Source: a virus
Reading direction: 5' to 3' (one strand)
IMG/VR virus record: IMGVR_UViG_3300044981_000152
Coordinates: 35,221 to 99,220 of that record
DNA: 64,000 bases
Shown here: one piece after another, positions 8,697 through 17,946 of the stretch
How positions within the stretch are numbered: position 1 is the stretch's first letter
Layout: every line of letters begins with the position of its first letter
The notes under the pieces: generated by a model
What the model was told of the DNA's origin: nothing
Database searches by the model: none
The model's input: the letters and a program-made list of their open reading frames with translations, nothing else
Translations under genes and position numbers: made by a program

Positions 8697-9100
8697 TGGC
8701 GTGTCCCTTTCTCGTCGGTGCCTCTTTCGCGCTTGTGCCGCACTGAGTGAATCTCCGGCTCCGGGCACTCGCACGGATCACCGATGCAGGAGGCGTGGCG
8801 GCCGTCGCGGCAGTCCGGATCGAGCAGCGGGCCCGCTCCGACCGCCTCCAGGTCCCGCGGCGGCTCGCCGATGAGGGCCGAGAACCAGCAGGAGGTTCCG
8901 TCCGGCCCCGTGCAGGCGGCCTCGGTGCGGTCGGCGAGCGCGCAGATCCTCTCCCGTTCGGCGGCCCGCATGAAAGGCGCAGCGGCGAGAAGGGCGGCCT
9001 CCAGCTCGTCGCGGGGGAACGGCTGGCCGGTGACGCGGAAAGCGCTGAACGCCTCATCGGCCGCCTCGTAAGCGCCGGCGGGCAGCGAGTCCTCAGCCAT
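8693..9100 (-). CDS. hypothetical protein
   Basis: Coupled ORF with Cys-rich C-terminus. Confidence 0.55.
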   Translation of the reverse strand: MAEDSLPAGAYEAADEAFSAFRVTGQPFPRDELEAALLAAAPFMRAAERERICALADRTEAACTGPDGTSCWFSALIGEPPRDLEAVGAGPLLDPDCRDGRHASCIGDPCECPEPEIHSVRHKRERGTDEKGTRQ

Positions 9101-9434
9101 TCGGGGCCTCCCCTTCGTCGGTGCGCTCTTGATCTTGCTCATCGCGTCCGATCACCTGCCGTACGGCCTCAGCGAGATCCTCCGGCCAGCCTCCGGCCGG
9201 GTAGTGCGCCATCCAGCCGTCAACAACCTCGCGAACCTGGGCCTTCAGGTCTGCGACGGCCCGGGCGGCGACAGCGGAGCCGATCCTCATGTCCAGTTCC
9301 CGCTGTTCCGGGTGGCGTTCCTCCCACGGGAGCATCAGGAATCCCGGCCGGTCCTTCAGGGCGGAGCGCTCGGCTTCGAAGTCGCGGCGGACCTGGTGGA
9401 CGACCTGGCCGAGCGGTTCGCGGGGGTCGCTCAT
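9093..9434 (-). CDS. hypothetical protein
   Basis: Coupled ORF. Confidence 0.6.
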   Translation of the reverse strand: MSDPREPLGQVVHQVRRDFEAERSALKDRPGFLMLPWEERHPEQRELDMRIGSAVAARAVADLKAQVREVVDGWMAHYPAGGWPEDLAEAVRQVIGRDEQDQERTDEGEAPNG

Positions 9435-9673
9435 TGCCCAGCCTCCTGCTCGGGCCGGTCGACCGGCCCGACCGTGATCCACCTCACCGAGTTACACCCA
9501 TCGCACGTGAACGCGACCTCGCGGGGTTCGGTGATCTGGTCTGCGTCGGCGATGATGTAGACGATGCTTGTGCCGCAGTCGCAGCCGAGTTCGATGCCCG
9601 GCCCGCCCTCCGTGGATACCGGGTTGGCCCATAGCAGGCTGCGGGGCGGCGGGACGTAATCGTTGTCAGCCAT
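9431..9673 (-). CDS. Zn-ribbon hypothetical protein
   Basis: CDCG...CDGC. Confidence 0.6.
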   Translation of the reverse strand: MADNDYVPPPRSLLWANPVSTEGGPGIELGCDCGTSIVYIIADADQITEPREVAFTCDGCNSVRWITVGPVDRPEQEAGQ

Positions 9674-9917
9674 TTCCGTCCCTCGGGTCCGCCTCGGTAC
9701 CGTCCGCGTAGAGCACCCTGACGGGCGTGGTGTCCGGATTGTGGCCGGACAGGATCAGCAGGCAGGCGAAGCACACGCCCTCATCCGGGCCGGGATTGGG
9801 CGCGTCCCAGCCGTAATAGTCGTCCTCCGGCGTGCACTGGTAGGTGCGCTTGCAGCGACTGCATGTCACCTGCTGCCACTGGAGCGCCTCGTTCAGGTCC
9901 ATGGCGGGCTCAGCCAT
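9666..9917 (-). CDS. Zn-ribbon hypothetical protein
   Basis: CSRC...CFAC. Confidence 0.6.
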   Translation of the reverse strand: MAEPAMDLNEALQWQQVTCSRCKRTYQCTPEDDYYGWDAPNPGPDEGVCFACLLILSGHNPDTTPVRVLYADGTEADPRDGNG

Positions 9918-10188
9918 GATCCGCCCCTTCGTCGCTGCGATCTTCCGGTCCTGTCCCGGTGATGGCCAGGATCTCCTGAGCTAGGTGAGGGCAGCAGGAC
10001 CCCGGCAGCTCAAGGTGCCCCCGGCAGTGGGACGTGATGGTGGCCAGCTTGCGCTCAGCGGCCAGTGCCCGGTCCAGGGTCCGTTCCAGCACTCCGTCAT
10101 GCAGGCATGCGGGGCACAGCCGGGTGACCGCGTTACCGGCACCGGCGAGGTCTTCGCGGGCTGTCTCCGGGTCCATGTCAGCGCTCAT
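9910..10188 (-). CDS. hypothetical protein
   Basis: Coupled ORF. Confidence 0.55.
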   Translation of the reverse strand: MSADMDPETAREDLAGAGNAVTRLCPACLHDGVLERTLDRALAAERKLATITSHCRGHLELPGSCCPHLAQEILAITGTGPEDRSDEGADHG

Positions 10189-10385
10189 GCTGCGCTCCTA
10201 GCCGCTGGCCACCCGGCCGCCTCCGCATCCCACCAGCAGTACCAGGTGTGACCGCAGACCGCGCAGCCGTAGGAAGCTCGCAGGCTCCCGCGGTCCTCAA
10301 CGGGATCGCCGAGGGGCAGCGCTACCGGGGCATCGCCGGGGAAGCACTCGGGGCAGGCGTCGGCCAGGGTCGAGGGCGTGCTCAT
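10185..10385 (-). CDS. Zn-ribbon hypothetical protein
   Basis: CPEC...CAVCGHTW; ATGA overlap with dnaB. Confidence 0.65.
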   Translation of the reverse strand: MSTPSTLADACPECFPGDAPVALPLGDPVEDRGSLRASYGCAVCGHTWYCWWDAEAAGWPAARSAA

Positions 10386-11752
10386 GCGGCACGCTCCAGT
10401 CCGCCCGAGGGGCTCCAAGGGCGGTACAGGCTGGTGCACCTCGCGTAGTGGCCCTGGAAAGCCAGCGTCACCGTGGCCTGCGCGCCCTGCCTGTTCTTCG
10501 CCACGATCAGGTCGATCTCCCCGGCCCGCGGCGACTCGCGCTCGTAAGCGTCCTCGCGGTACAGCAGGATCACGATGGACGAGTCCTGCTCAACCGAGCC
10601 CGACTCGCGGAGATCGGCGAGCAGCGGCCGGTGGTCGGAGCGCATCTCCGGGCCGCGGTTAAGCTGGCTGCCGACCATGACGGGAACCTCGAACTCCTTG
10701 GCCAGCAGCTTGATGCCGCGGGAGATCTCCGACACCTCGGCCTGCCGGGACTCGGTTTTGCCGGCCGAGGTCATGAGCTGGAGGTAGTCGACGACGACCA
10801 GGCCGGCCGGCGTCCCGGCCCGCCGCATGGATCGCAGCTCCGACCTGATGCCCTGCACCGTCAGGTACGGATCGTCGTTGATCATCAGGTGCGGGCATGC
10901 GGCCAGCTTTCCGTACGCTCCCGCGATCCGGTCCCAGTCGCCGTCATCCAGGCTCGCGCCGCGGATACGGTGAAGGCCGACGCCGCCCTCGGCGGCCAGC
11001 AAGCGCTCCGTGCATTCCTGCCCGGACATCTCCAGGCTGGCGAACAAGACCGGGATGCCAGCCGTCAGGGCCGCATGCGCGGCAACGTTGAACATGACGG
11101 TGGTCTTGCCGACCGAGGGCCGCGCCCCCACGGTGACCATCTCCCCCGGCTGGAAGCCCAGGATCACCTCATCCAGGTCCCGCCACCCCGACATCACCCC
11201 GGAGGCCGCGTCCGGGCCTTTCTCGATCCGCTCGAGGGCCGGGGTGGCGAGGGTGGCGATGCTGCATGCCCGCGTCGCGGCCGAGCGGCCCGTGGCCTCG
11301 TCCAGTGCGCGGTATGCGGCCTCGATCCGCTGCGGTATCTCGTCGGCGTCGATATCCAGCGCCCACCCGTACTGCCCGATCCGGGTACCCGCCTCGATCA
11401 GGCCCCGGAGCGCGGCGTACTTGGCGACGATCCGGGCGTAGTACCCGGCGTTCGCCGCAGTCGGCACCGACGCTATGAGGGTGTGGATGTACGGGGCACC
11501 CCCGACCTTTCCGAGCCGGCGTGTCGCCTGGAGATGGTCAGCGACCGTGATCGCGTCGACCGGGCCGCCGCGGGCCTGGAGCTCGAGGATCGCTTCGTGG
11601 ATGACCTGATGCGCCGGCAGGGAATGATCCGAGGGGCGCATCACCTCAGCCACGTCGGCGAGGGCTTCCTTCGACAGCAGCATGCCGCCGAGGACGCACT
11701 GTTCCGCCGCGAGGTCGTGCGGGGGCACGCGCTCGAAGTCGTCGTCGTTCAT
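10382..11752 (-). CDS. dnaB: replicative DNA helicase
   Basis: PPHDLAAEQCVLG N-terminus, GARPSVGKT Walker A, VVVDYLQLM, SQLNR, DLRESGSVEQD, KNRQG. Confidence 0.97.
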   Translation of the reverse strand: MNDDDFERVPPHDLAAEQCVLGGMLLSKEALADVAEVMRPSDHSLPAHQVIHEAILELQARGGPVDAITVADHLQATRRLGKVGGAPYIHTLIASVPTAANAGYYARIVAKYAALRGLIEAGTRIGQYGWALDIDADEIPQRIEAAYRALDEATGRSAATRACSIATLATPALERIEKGPDAASGVMSGWRDLDEVILGFQPGEMVTVGARPSVGKTTVMFNVAAHAALTAGIPVLFASLEMSGQECTERLLAAEGGVGLHRIRGASLDDGDWDRIAGAYGKLAACPHLMINDDPYLTVQGIRSELRSMRRAGTPAGLVVVDYLQLMTSAGKTESRQAEVSEISRGIKLLAKEFEVPVMVGSQLNRGPEMRSDHRPLLADLRESGSVEQDSSIVILLYREDAYERESPRAGEIDLIVAKNRQGAQATVTLAFQGHYARCTSLYRPWSPSGGLERAA

Positions 11753-12483
11753 GCGCCCGGCTTCCTGCGGTCGGTGCCGGTCATCGCGACCACCTCGCAC
11801 ATTTCCGCGAGGCGGCTGGCGGCACGCTCCCCGATCTGGTCAGCCAGCTTCGAGGGGGGCAGGTTGCTGGTGACGATCAGCGGCAGGCAGTTGGCGTAGC
11901 GATGGTCGATGACGGAGTAGACCCGTTCCTGCGTCCACTCCGATGGCTTCTCCGCGCCGATGTCATCGATGACGAGCAGGGCAGCGCGCTGGCAGTCGCG
12001 GATGGTCTGCACGGCGGCATCGCCGGGGCGCAGGTCGTCTAGCAGGTCGGTCAGGCGGGTGAAGATGACGTTCGGGGCGGTGCGGGCGGCAGGCCCTCCC
12101 CAGTCCACTGCCGGGGGTTCCTCGCCGTGCGGCCTGACGCCGGTCGCCTGACACCAGGCGGCGAGGGCCATCCATGCGGTGTGGGTCTTGCCTGTCCCGA
12201 CCTGGCCCGCGAGGTACAGGCCCTGCGCCTTCCTGCCCCGCGATGCCCACTCCGCGGTGGCGGCGGGGATCTCGACGGGGGCGCGGAACCTCGGCGGGGT
12301 GAAGCACAGGATCGCCTCGGCAAGTTGTTCCCTCGCGCAGTGCGGGCACTCTGCCGAGGCCGGGTAGTCGCCGCGCTCGTCATGGCGGATCACCGTAGCC
12401 CACTTGCCGTCGCCTCTGCACTCGGCTGATACCGCGTCCGGGAAGAACCCGGACAGGTCGCCGTGGTTCTGCTTACCAGCCAC
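11749..12483 (-). CDS. DnaC/IstB-like AAA+ helicase loader
   Basis: GQVGTGKT, LLVIDDIGAE, IDHRY...IVTSN; lies between initiator and DnaB. Confidence 0.9.
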   Translation of the reverse strand: MAGKQNHGDLSGFFPDAVSAECRGDGKWATVIRHDERGDYPASAECPHCAREQLAEAILCFTPPRFRAPVEIPAATAEWASRGRKAQGLYLAGQVGTGKTHTAWMALAAWCQATGVRPHGEEPPAVDWGGPAARTAPNVIFTRLTDLLDDLRPGDAAVQTIRDCQRAALLVIDDIGAEKPSEWTQERVYSVIDHRYANCLPLIVTSNLPPSKLADQIGERAASRLAEMCEVVAMTGTDRRKPGA

Positions 12484-13375
12484 CGTGGTACTCCTCATCG
12501 CTGTAGTTCGCCTGCTTGATGCCGGCCGGGGCCTGCGGCTGCGGAGGCGGCGTGTCTTCGTCCAGCCAGCACTTCTTGTTGAGCCACGTGGCGGGGTACT
12601 TGCCGTAACCCCGAAGCACCTGCGGGTCGTCGCAGTACCGCTTGACGGCCTCAAGGAGCACCTGCGGGTCGGCCCCCTCGCGGATCGCCTTCGCGTATGC
12701 CGTCTCGGCGTCGCCGGGTGCCTTGTGGACCGGGTAGGCGGCGTACCACTCGGCGAACTGCGGGTCGGTCGCCTTCTGGCCTGCCGGGCGTCCGCGTTTA
12801 GGCTTTGCCGCTTGCGGGGGGTGCCCGTTGGCTCCGGCATCGAAGAGAGCGCCGTCGCCGGATTTTGCGGGAGTAGATCTCTCCGTAGGAGAGATCTTTA
12901 CTTCCTGTTCTCTTCCTGTTCCGGGTGCAGATTCTGCGGGGGGGTGGTGCAGATCTTGCGGGGGCGCAGGATTTGCGGGGGGTGCAGATTCTGCGGGGTT
13001 CTGACTTGTGGCCTGCGGTGATGCCTGACCCCGCAAATCCTGCGGGGGTGCAGTATTTTCGGGGTGCAGATTCTGCGGGGGTGCAGATTCTGCGGGGGTG
13101 CGGGTATTTATGCGGTAGAGGTTGCAGCCTTTCGGCCCGGCGTTGTACCGGACCTCCAGTTCGCCGAGTTTCACCAGTTCGGCCAGGGCGGTCTGCACGG
13201 CGCGCTCACTCAGCCCGGTCTTGCTGGCCAACTCGGCGTTGCTCGGCCATGCCCAGCCCGGGTACGGGCCGTCGCCCTTCTCGCGGATGGCCCATGCGAC
13301 CCGCAGCAGCACCAGCTTCGCGCTGTGCCGGGACCTGGAATGGTCCCAGACCCACTCGCTGACGCTGATGGCCAC
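12473..13375 (-). CDS. phage replication initiator (N-terminal HTH)
   Basis: AWPSNAELASKTGLSERAVQTALAELVKLG HTH; C-terminal FAEWYAAYP...YPATWLN; internal iterons. Confidence 0.9.
   Translation of the reverse strand: MAISVSEWVWDHSRSRHSAKLVLLRVAWAIREKGDGPYPGWAWPSNAELASKTGLSERAVQTALAELVKLGELEVRYNAGPKGCNLYRINTRTPAESAPPQNLHPENTAPPQDLRGQASPQATSQNPAESAPPANPAPPQDLHHPPAESAPGTGREQEVKISPTERSTPAKSGDGALFDAGANGHPPQAAKPKRGRPAGQKATDPQFAEWYAAYPVHKAPGDAETAYAKAIREGADPQVLLEAVKRYCDDPQVLRGYGKYPATWLNKKCWLDEDTPPPQPQAPAGIKQANYSDEEYHGGW
12924..13101. repeat. iteron array, probable replication origin
   Basis: About 8 copies of GTGCAGATTCTGCGGGG-like ~17-mers with palindromic core GCAGA-T-TCTGC, inside the initiator gene. 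Confidence 0.85.
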
Positions 13376-13520
13376 CCGTGGCCGCCTTCCCGATCACGCC
13401 CTCACGATTCCTGTCGCTCATGCTCTCCATACTGTACTATCATAGCGGAGAACGTGAGGGAATAATGTAGCGGAGGTCCCCGCCGTGGATCAACTGGAAC
13501 TGCCAGCCTGGTGTGGCATC

Positions 13521-13766
13521 ATGGATTCCATGGGCGTCACACCGGAGATGCGCGCCCGGCTGACGAAGGCCGGCCGCAACTACACGCGCGCCAAGGAGGC
13601 GTTCGACGCTGCCCGCGGCGAGCTGGTCGGGGCCATCATCGACGCGCGCAAGGATGGCACCCTCATCGAGGACATCGCGGGCCTGGTGCCGTACCGGCAG
13701 ACGCAGGTGAACCGCGTTCTTGAGGCGGCGGGCCTGACCGAGAAGCGCTCCAAGCCGGAGTCCTGA
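13521..13766 (+). CDS. small HTH DNA-binding protein, antisense to the operon
   Basis: GTLIEDIAGLVPYRQTQVNRVL helix-turn-helix; start 13521 or 13530. Confidence 0.75.
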   Translation: MDSMGVTPEMRARLTKAGRNYTRAKEAFDAARGELVGAIIDARKDGTLIEDIAGLVPYRQTQVNRVLEAAGLTEKRSKPES

Positions 13767-13830
13767 GCTTCCGCCTCCTGACCCGTCCCACAAGACACCC
13801 ATAACGCCGCTCCCCTCATCGCCCGGCCGG

Positions 13831-15702
13831 TCACGCTGCACGCTCCAGGTCCGCACCGGTGATCGCCTCGACCAGCGCCGAGATGATGACCTCCGCCACC
13901 GGCGGCGTAACAGCGTTGCCGTACTGGCGCACCTTCTCGCGCTTGCTGCCGAGCACCTGATAGGCCGCGCCGAACGCCATGGCCGCGCCGATCTCGCCGG
14001 GCTCCAGCATCCGGAACAGCACGTCCTCGACGCTGACGGCGGCACTGGCGAGCGCCCAGCGGTCGGTTGCGGTGATGGCTCCCACGGGCTCGGCCGCGGT
14101 CCTGGCCACGCCCGTGCCGTAGTACGGCATGAGCAGGTGGGCCAGGTGCTCCCAGGTGATCAGCGACTGATGACCTGCCGTGGTGAGGGTACGGAACGGC
14201 TCGCTGGCCGGGGTGGACATCTGCCCCTGATCACCCCGCGCCGTGTTGTTCCGCATGATCATCGCCAGGCCGGGCGGCGAGATGAGCGCGTGGTGGGCAC
14301 CGGAGGCGCTGACCGTGCTTATCGGCCCGGTTACCGGCTGCGCGTCCATGTTGCCGCGCATGACGGCGATGAACGGCGGCACGGCAAGCCCGGTCTCGGC
14401 TCTGGCCGTCTGGGTCCGCATCGGGTCAGACGCCGGGAGCGCTTCCTTGCCCTCGCGGCCCTCGACGGGGACGAGCATCGGCGCCTGCGTGACGAGCCCG
14501 TGATTGCCCCCGTCCGCGACCACCGTGGCCAGCGGTTCAGTCTCGGCCAGGATTGAGCGGTTGCGCCCGGAGCGCAGCGGCACCAGGAACGGCGGCGTCA
14601 CGAGCCCGAACGGCTGGCTTGACGCGGTGAGGGATGCGAGCGGCTCGGTCACGGCCGACGTGCGCAGGTCATCCTGGCCGCCGCGGTTGACAGTCAGGAA
14701 CGGCGGGCACGCCAGCGCCTTCGTCGCCGTGGCGGTCTGCGTCGTCAGCGGCTCGTCGACCGGCCATGTCCGGACACCCGGCCGCCGCTCGAACGTGTTC
14801 CCCGCGGCCTCCAGCGTGATCGGCCGCGCGTACCGCTTCAGGCCGGCCTCGATCCGCGCGATCGTCTTCGGCTTCAGCGGGACCGCACGGTCCCCGATCC
14901 GGATTCCGGCGAGGGACCAGTCGATGGCCGCAGCCGCCGGCATCGCCGCAGGCTCCACGACCTGGCTGCATGAGACGCGCGGGCAGCGGTAGACGTACTG
15001 CTGCCGGTAGCGGCCCATGTCGCTGCCCGCGCGCTTCCACCACTGCACCGCGGCCACCGCCTGCTCGCACGACGGGCACCAGGCCAGCGGGCGCAGCCAC
15101 CGGTCCCAGTCGGGGTCACGGCCGAGCGATGCCGACCAGTAGGCCAGGTACAGCCGGTCCCTGGACTGCGGCGCGTACGGCGTGACCAGCGGCCGGGCGT
15201 GCATCGAGTTGATCGCGATCAGCCGCGTCCGGTAGCCCAGGTTCGCGATCGAGGCGACCCATTCCCGCCACGCGGTCCACGCCCGGACATCGGTAACGTT
15301 CTCGACCACCCCGGCCAGCACCGGCCGGCCGCGCAGCTGCATCGCCTCCAGGTACCGGGGTACGTCCCACATCAGGGAGCGGGACCGGTCGGTGGCCTCA
15401 TCGGGCAGCGTCTCCCCGAACAAGTCAGGCTGCTTGTCGTAGTCGCGGCGCTGGCCGCGGGCCACGGACCAGGTAGGGCACTCCGGCGATGCCCAGAACA
15501 GGTCACCGGCGGGGAACTTCTCCACGTCGGCGTCGTGCAGGTCGCCCTGGTAATGCTCGGTGGCGGGGAAGTTGAGCGCGTGCGACTCGATCGCGCGGGC
15601 CCAGTGGTTCGCCGCTAGCCGCGCGGTGACGCCGGGGACCGCTGTCGCGCCCTGGCTGCTGCCGCCGGCGCCGCAGAAGAAATCGATCAGGGTCAGGCTC
15701 AC
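13831..15702 (-). CDS. DNA (cytosine-5) methyltransferase
   Basis: DFFCGAGG (motif I), SPECP (IV), ENV (VI), QSRDR (VIII), QYGNAV (X). Confidence 0.95.
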   Translation of the reverse strand: MSLTLIDFFCGAGGSSQGATAVPGVTARLAANHWARAIESHALNFPATEHYQGDLHDADVEKFPAGDLFWASPECPTWSVARGQRRDYDKQPDLFGETLPDEATDRSRSLMWDVPRYLEAMQLRGRPVLAGVVENVTDVRAWTAWREWVASIANLGYRTRLIAINSMHARPLVTPYAPQSRDRLYLAYWSASLGRDPDWDRWLRPLAWCPSCEQAVAAVQWWKRAGSDMGRYRQQYVYRCPRVSCSQVVEPAAMPAAAAIDWSLAGIRIGDRAVPLKPKTIARIEAGLKRYARPITLEAAGNTFERRPGVRTWPVDEPLTTQTATATKALACPPFLTVNRGGQDDLRTSAVTEPLASLTASSQPFGLVTPPFLVPLRSGRNRSILAETEPLATVVADGGNHGLVTQAPMLVPVEGREGKEALPASDPMRTQTARAETGLAVPPFIAVMRGNMDAQPVTGPISTVSASGAHHALISPPGLAMIMRNNTARGDQGQMSTPASEPFRTLTTAGHQSLITWEHLAHLLMPYYGTGVARTAAEPVGAITATDRWALASAAVSVEDVLFRMLEPGEIGAAMAFGAAYQVLGSKREKVRQYGNAVTPPVAEVIISALVEAITGADLERAA

Positions 15703-16160
15703 GACGCGTCGCCGCCCCTCCGGTTCTGTCCCGGCTTGTACCGGGGTGCGAGATCACGTCGCCTGGTCCGTCCCGGCGTCCCTCGGAGCGATGCCCCGCG
15801 CTTGGCCAGCTCCCGTTTCATCTCAGCGCGGAACTCGGCACCGGACAGGCCCGTGGAACCGGCCGGGAGAACGTCAGGCTCGGACGCTCCCCCTGCCGGG
15901 TCTTGTCCGCCCGGGCCCGCTTCCGCCGGAAGTCCCGGCCTGGTCTCGGGCGGCGTTTCCGGCGGCACCCGGCCCGGACCGAGCCCGGTATGAGCAGGCT
16001 CGGGCCGGGCGGGTGCCGCGTTCCCTGGTGCCTGGATGAGGTCAGGCACCGAGGACGAGGTTAGGCCGGACTCCCCCACGGGATTAGGGGAGCCCGGCTC
16101 GCGCACTGGAGCCCGGCCTGGGGGCTCGACAGCCGCGCGTCTGGGGGTTCGGGGGGTCAC
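15699..16160 (-). CDS. Pro-rich hypothetical protein
   Basis: GTGA overlaps on both sides. Confidence 0.45.
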   Translation of the reverse strand: MTPRTPRRAAVEPPGRAPVREPGSPNPVGESGLTSSSVPDLIQAPGNAAPARPEPAHTGLGPGRVPPETPPETRPGLPAEAGPGGQDPAGGASEPDVLPAGSTGLSGAEFRAEMKRELAKRGASLRGTPGRTRRRDLAPRYKPGQNRRGGDAS

Positions 16161-16417
16161 TTCGGCGCCGCCTTTCCTGCCGCCATGGCGGCCGCCGCGG
16201 TCTCGGGAATCTCGCACTGCGGGCACGCATCCCACTGGCGCGGCCCCTTCTGGTTGCGCGGGACTCCGGTGCCCGTGCGGGCGTCGTACTGGCGAAACTT
16301 CCAGCCGTCCGCGGCTGCCCTGATCCGCGCCGAGGTGGCATCGGAAGCCAGTTCGGGATGCTCGGCTCCGCAGCCGTCGCAGACGAGCCGGGAGAAGCCG
16401 ACCGCACGCACGCTCAC
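16157..16417 (-). CDS. Zn-ribbon hypothetical protein
   Basis: CDGC...GW...DACPQC. Confidence 0.65.
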   Translation of the reverse strand: MSVRAVGFSRLVCDGCGAEHPELASDATSARIRAAADGWKFRQYDARTGTGVPRNQKGPRQWDACPQCEIPETAAAAMAAGKAAPK

Positions 16418-17175
16418 GACACACTCCGAAGCTCGCCAAGCTCCGCCAGCGCCGCCGCGACGGTCCGCTCGTCGGCGCGGATGGCGGTCTCCCAGCATTC
16501 GCCGCACGCGAGCTTGCCGACGCGGCGGCGCGCGGAGTGCTCGCGTCCGTTGCACAGTGCCCGCGCCTTGCGGGCCAGCGGGTGCTGGCTGGTGAAGTGG
16601 TCCGGCTCCCACACCGGGCCCATCGCGGGCCGCCCGTCCCGCTTGCGGTCCTTCGCCCGGACCCGCCGCACCGCGGACACCCCGTCGGATGCGGACAGGT
16701 CACCGCGCCGGATCGCCTCCTGCGACTTCACGTCCAGGTCGAGCAGCGACAGGTAATAGCCGACCGTGGCGTCCGATAGGCCGATCGACCGGGCGATCCG
16801 GATGTTGCTGTAGCCCTTCTTGCGGAGCTTGCCCATCGCCTCGGCCTTGTCCATCGGGTTCAGGTCGGCCCGCTGGCAGTTCTCCACCAGCATCAGTTCC
16901 TCAGGCTCGGCGGCCGGGGAGTCCTTGGCGGCCTGGCGGAACGCGATCGGCACCATCTCCAGCCGCGCCCGCTTCGCCGCCGCGAACCTGCGGTGCCCCG
17001 CGATGATCTGGTAGTGGCCGGGCTTGTCCGGGTGGTGCTCGACGACGACCGGCTGGAGGATGCCGTGCACGGCGACCGACGCGGCCAGCCCGGAGATGTC
17101 CCCCAGCTCGTCGCGGATGTTGTCCGGGTGCGGGTGGAGCCGGCTGATGTGGGCGTAATGCTTGCTGGCGGTCAT
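16414..17175 (-). CDS. ParB/RepB/Spo0J-family protein
   Basis: HPDNIR...GILQPVVV...IIAGHRRFAA...ENCQRADLNPMDKA plus HTH. Confidence 0.9.
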   Translation of the reverse strand: MTASKHYAHISRLHPHPDNIRDELGDISGLAASVAVHGILQPVVVEHHPDKPGHYQIIAGHRRFAAAKRARLEMVPIAFRQAAKDSPAAEPEELMLVENCQRADLNPMDKAEAMGKLRKKGYSNIRIARSIGLSDATVGYYLSLLDLDVKSQEAIRRGDLSASDGVSAVRRVRAKDRKRDGRPAMGPVWEPDHFTSQHPLARKARALCNGREHSARRRVGKLACGECWETAIRADERTVAAALAELGELRSVS

Positions 17176-17427
17176 TTGCCCCCCCCCGCTTTCCTGCGGG
17201 CTAGCTCATCCCTGGCGCGCTGCGCGATCTCGCCCGGTTCCGGTTCGGTGTCGCGGCCCCGGTAGGTGTAGCCGCTCATCGGCGCTCCATCAGCCAGTGC
17301 GACCGCCGGCGCCTCCCGGCTACAGCTACCCCGGCAGCAGCAGCAGAGAGGATCACGGCTCTCCGGTACCGGCCGTCCAGGGCGGAAGAGATAGCGCCGA
17401 GGAGGGATGCGGCGGCGATGACGCGGA

Positions 17428-17946
17428 TCATGCTGGCACCGCCGCAGCAATGCGCGGGTACTCATCCCAGGTGCGCCCGTCAAGCTCGCGGCCCCGGACG
17501 TTCAGCGACCTGATGTCCTCGGCTAGAGCGACCATGGCCGGGGTCGGGTCATAGTCGGCGGGTGCCCACGGGTAGCTGTCCTCATCGACTCGCGCGTCCC
17601 GCGACTCCTGTCGCGCCTCCTGAAGTTGGAGCGCAAGCTCGGCCTGCTGGCGCTTGATCAGGAGGTAGGGCAGCACGGCCGCGATAACTTCGGCGGCTCG
17701 GTCACCTTCCAGCACCCATTGGTACTGCGTACGGTGATGCGCCCTGTCTTCCTTTGGCTCGTAAGAGCGGACGCTGCCACCGTAGATAGATGCAGCGAGG
17801 TCGTGCGGTTCCCTCCGAGTCCCAGAGATGCCGACTCGCGGGGCGCAGTAGGTACGTCCCCGGCGAGTGCTGCTGGACGCGGTGATGTACCCGTCGCTGT
17901 CAATGATTCCGGCGAGGTACGCGAGGATCGTAGGCTCAGGCGGCAC
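17428..17946 (-). CDS. LAGLIDADG homing endonuclease carrying a DUF5131-type C-terminus
   Basis: AYLAGIIDSDGYI motif, LPYLLIKRQQAEL; ends GRELDGRTWDEYP. Confidence 0.85.
   Translation of the reverse strand: MPPEPTILAYLAGIIDSDGYITASSSTRRGRTYCAPRVGISGTRREPHDLAASIYGGSVRSYEPKEDRAHHRTQYQWVLEGDRAAEVIAAVLPYLLIKRQQAELALQLQEARQESRDARVDEDSYPWAPADYDPTPAMVALAEDIRSLNVRGRELDGRTWDEYPRIAAAVPA

Noticed and set aside
11749-12483. IS21 element (IstB)
   Set aside because: No IstA transposase or terminal repeats; context is initiator-loader-helicase
17428-17946. Intein or group I intron
   Set aside because: Separate reading frame, no Cys/Ser...His-Asn ends and no room for intron core helices
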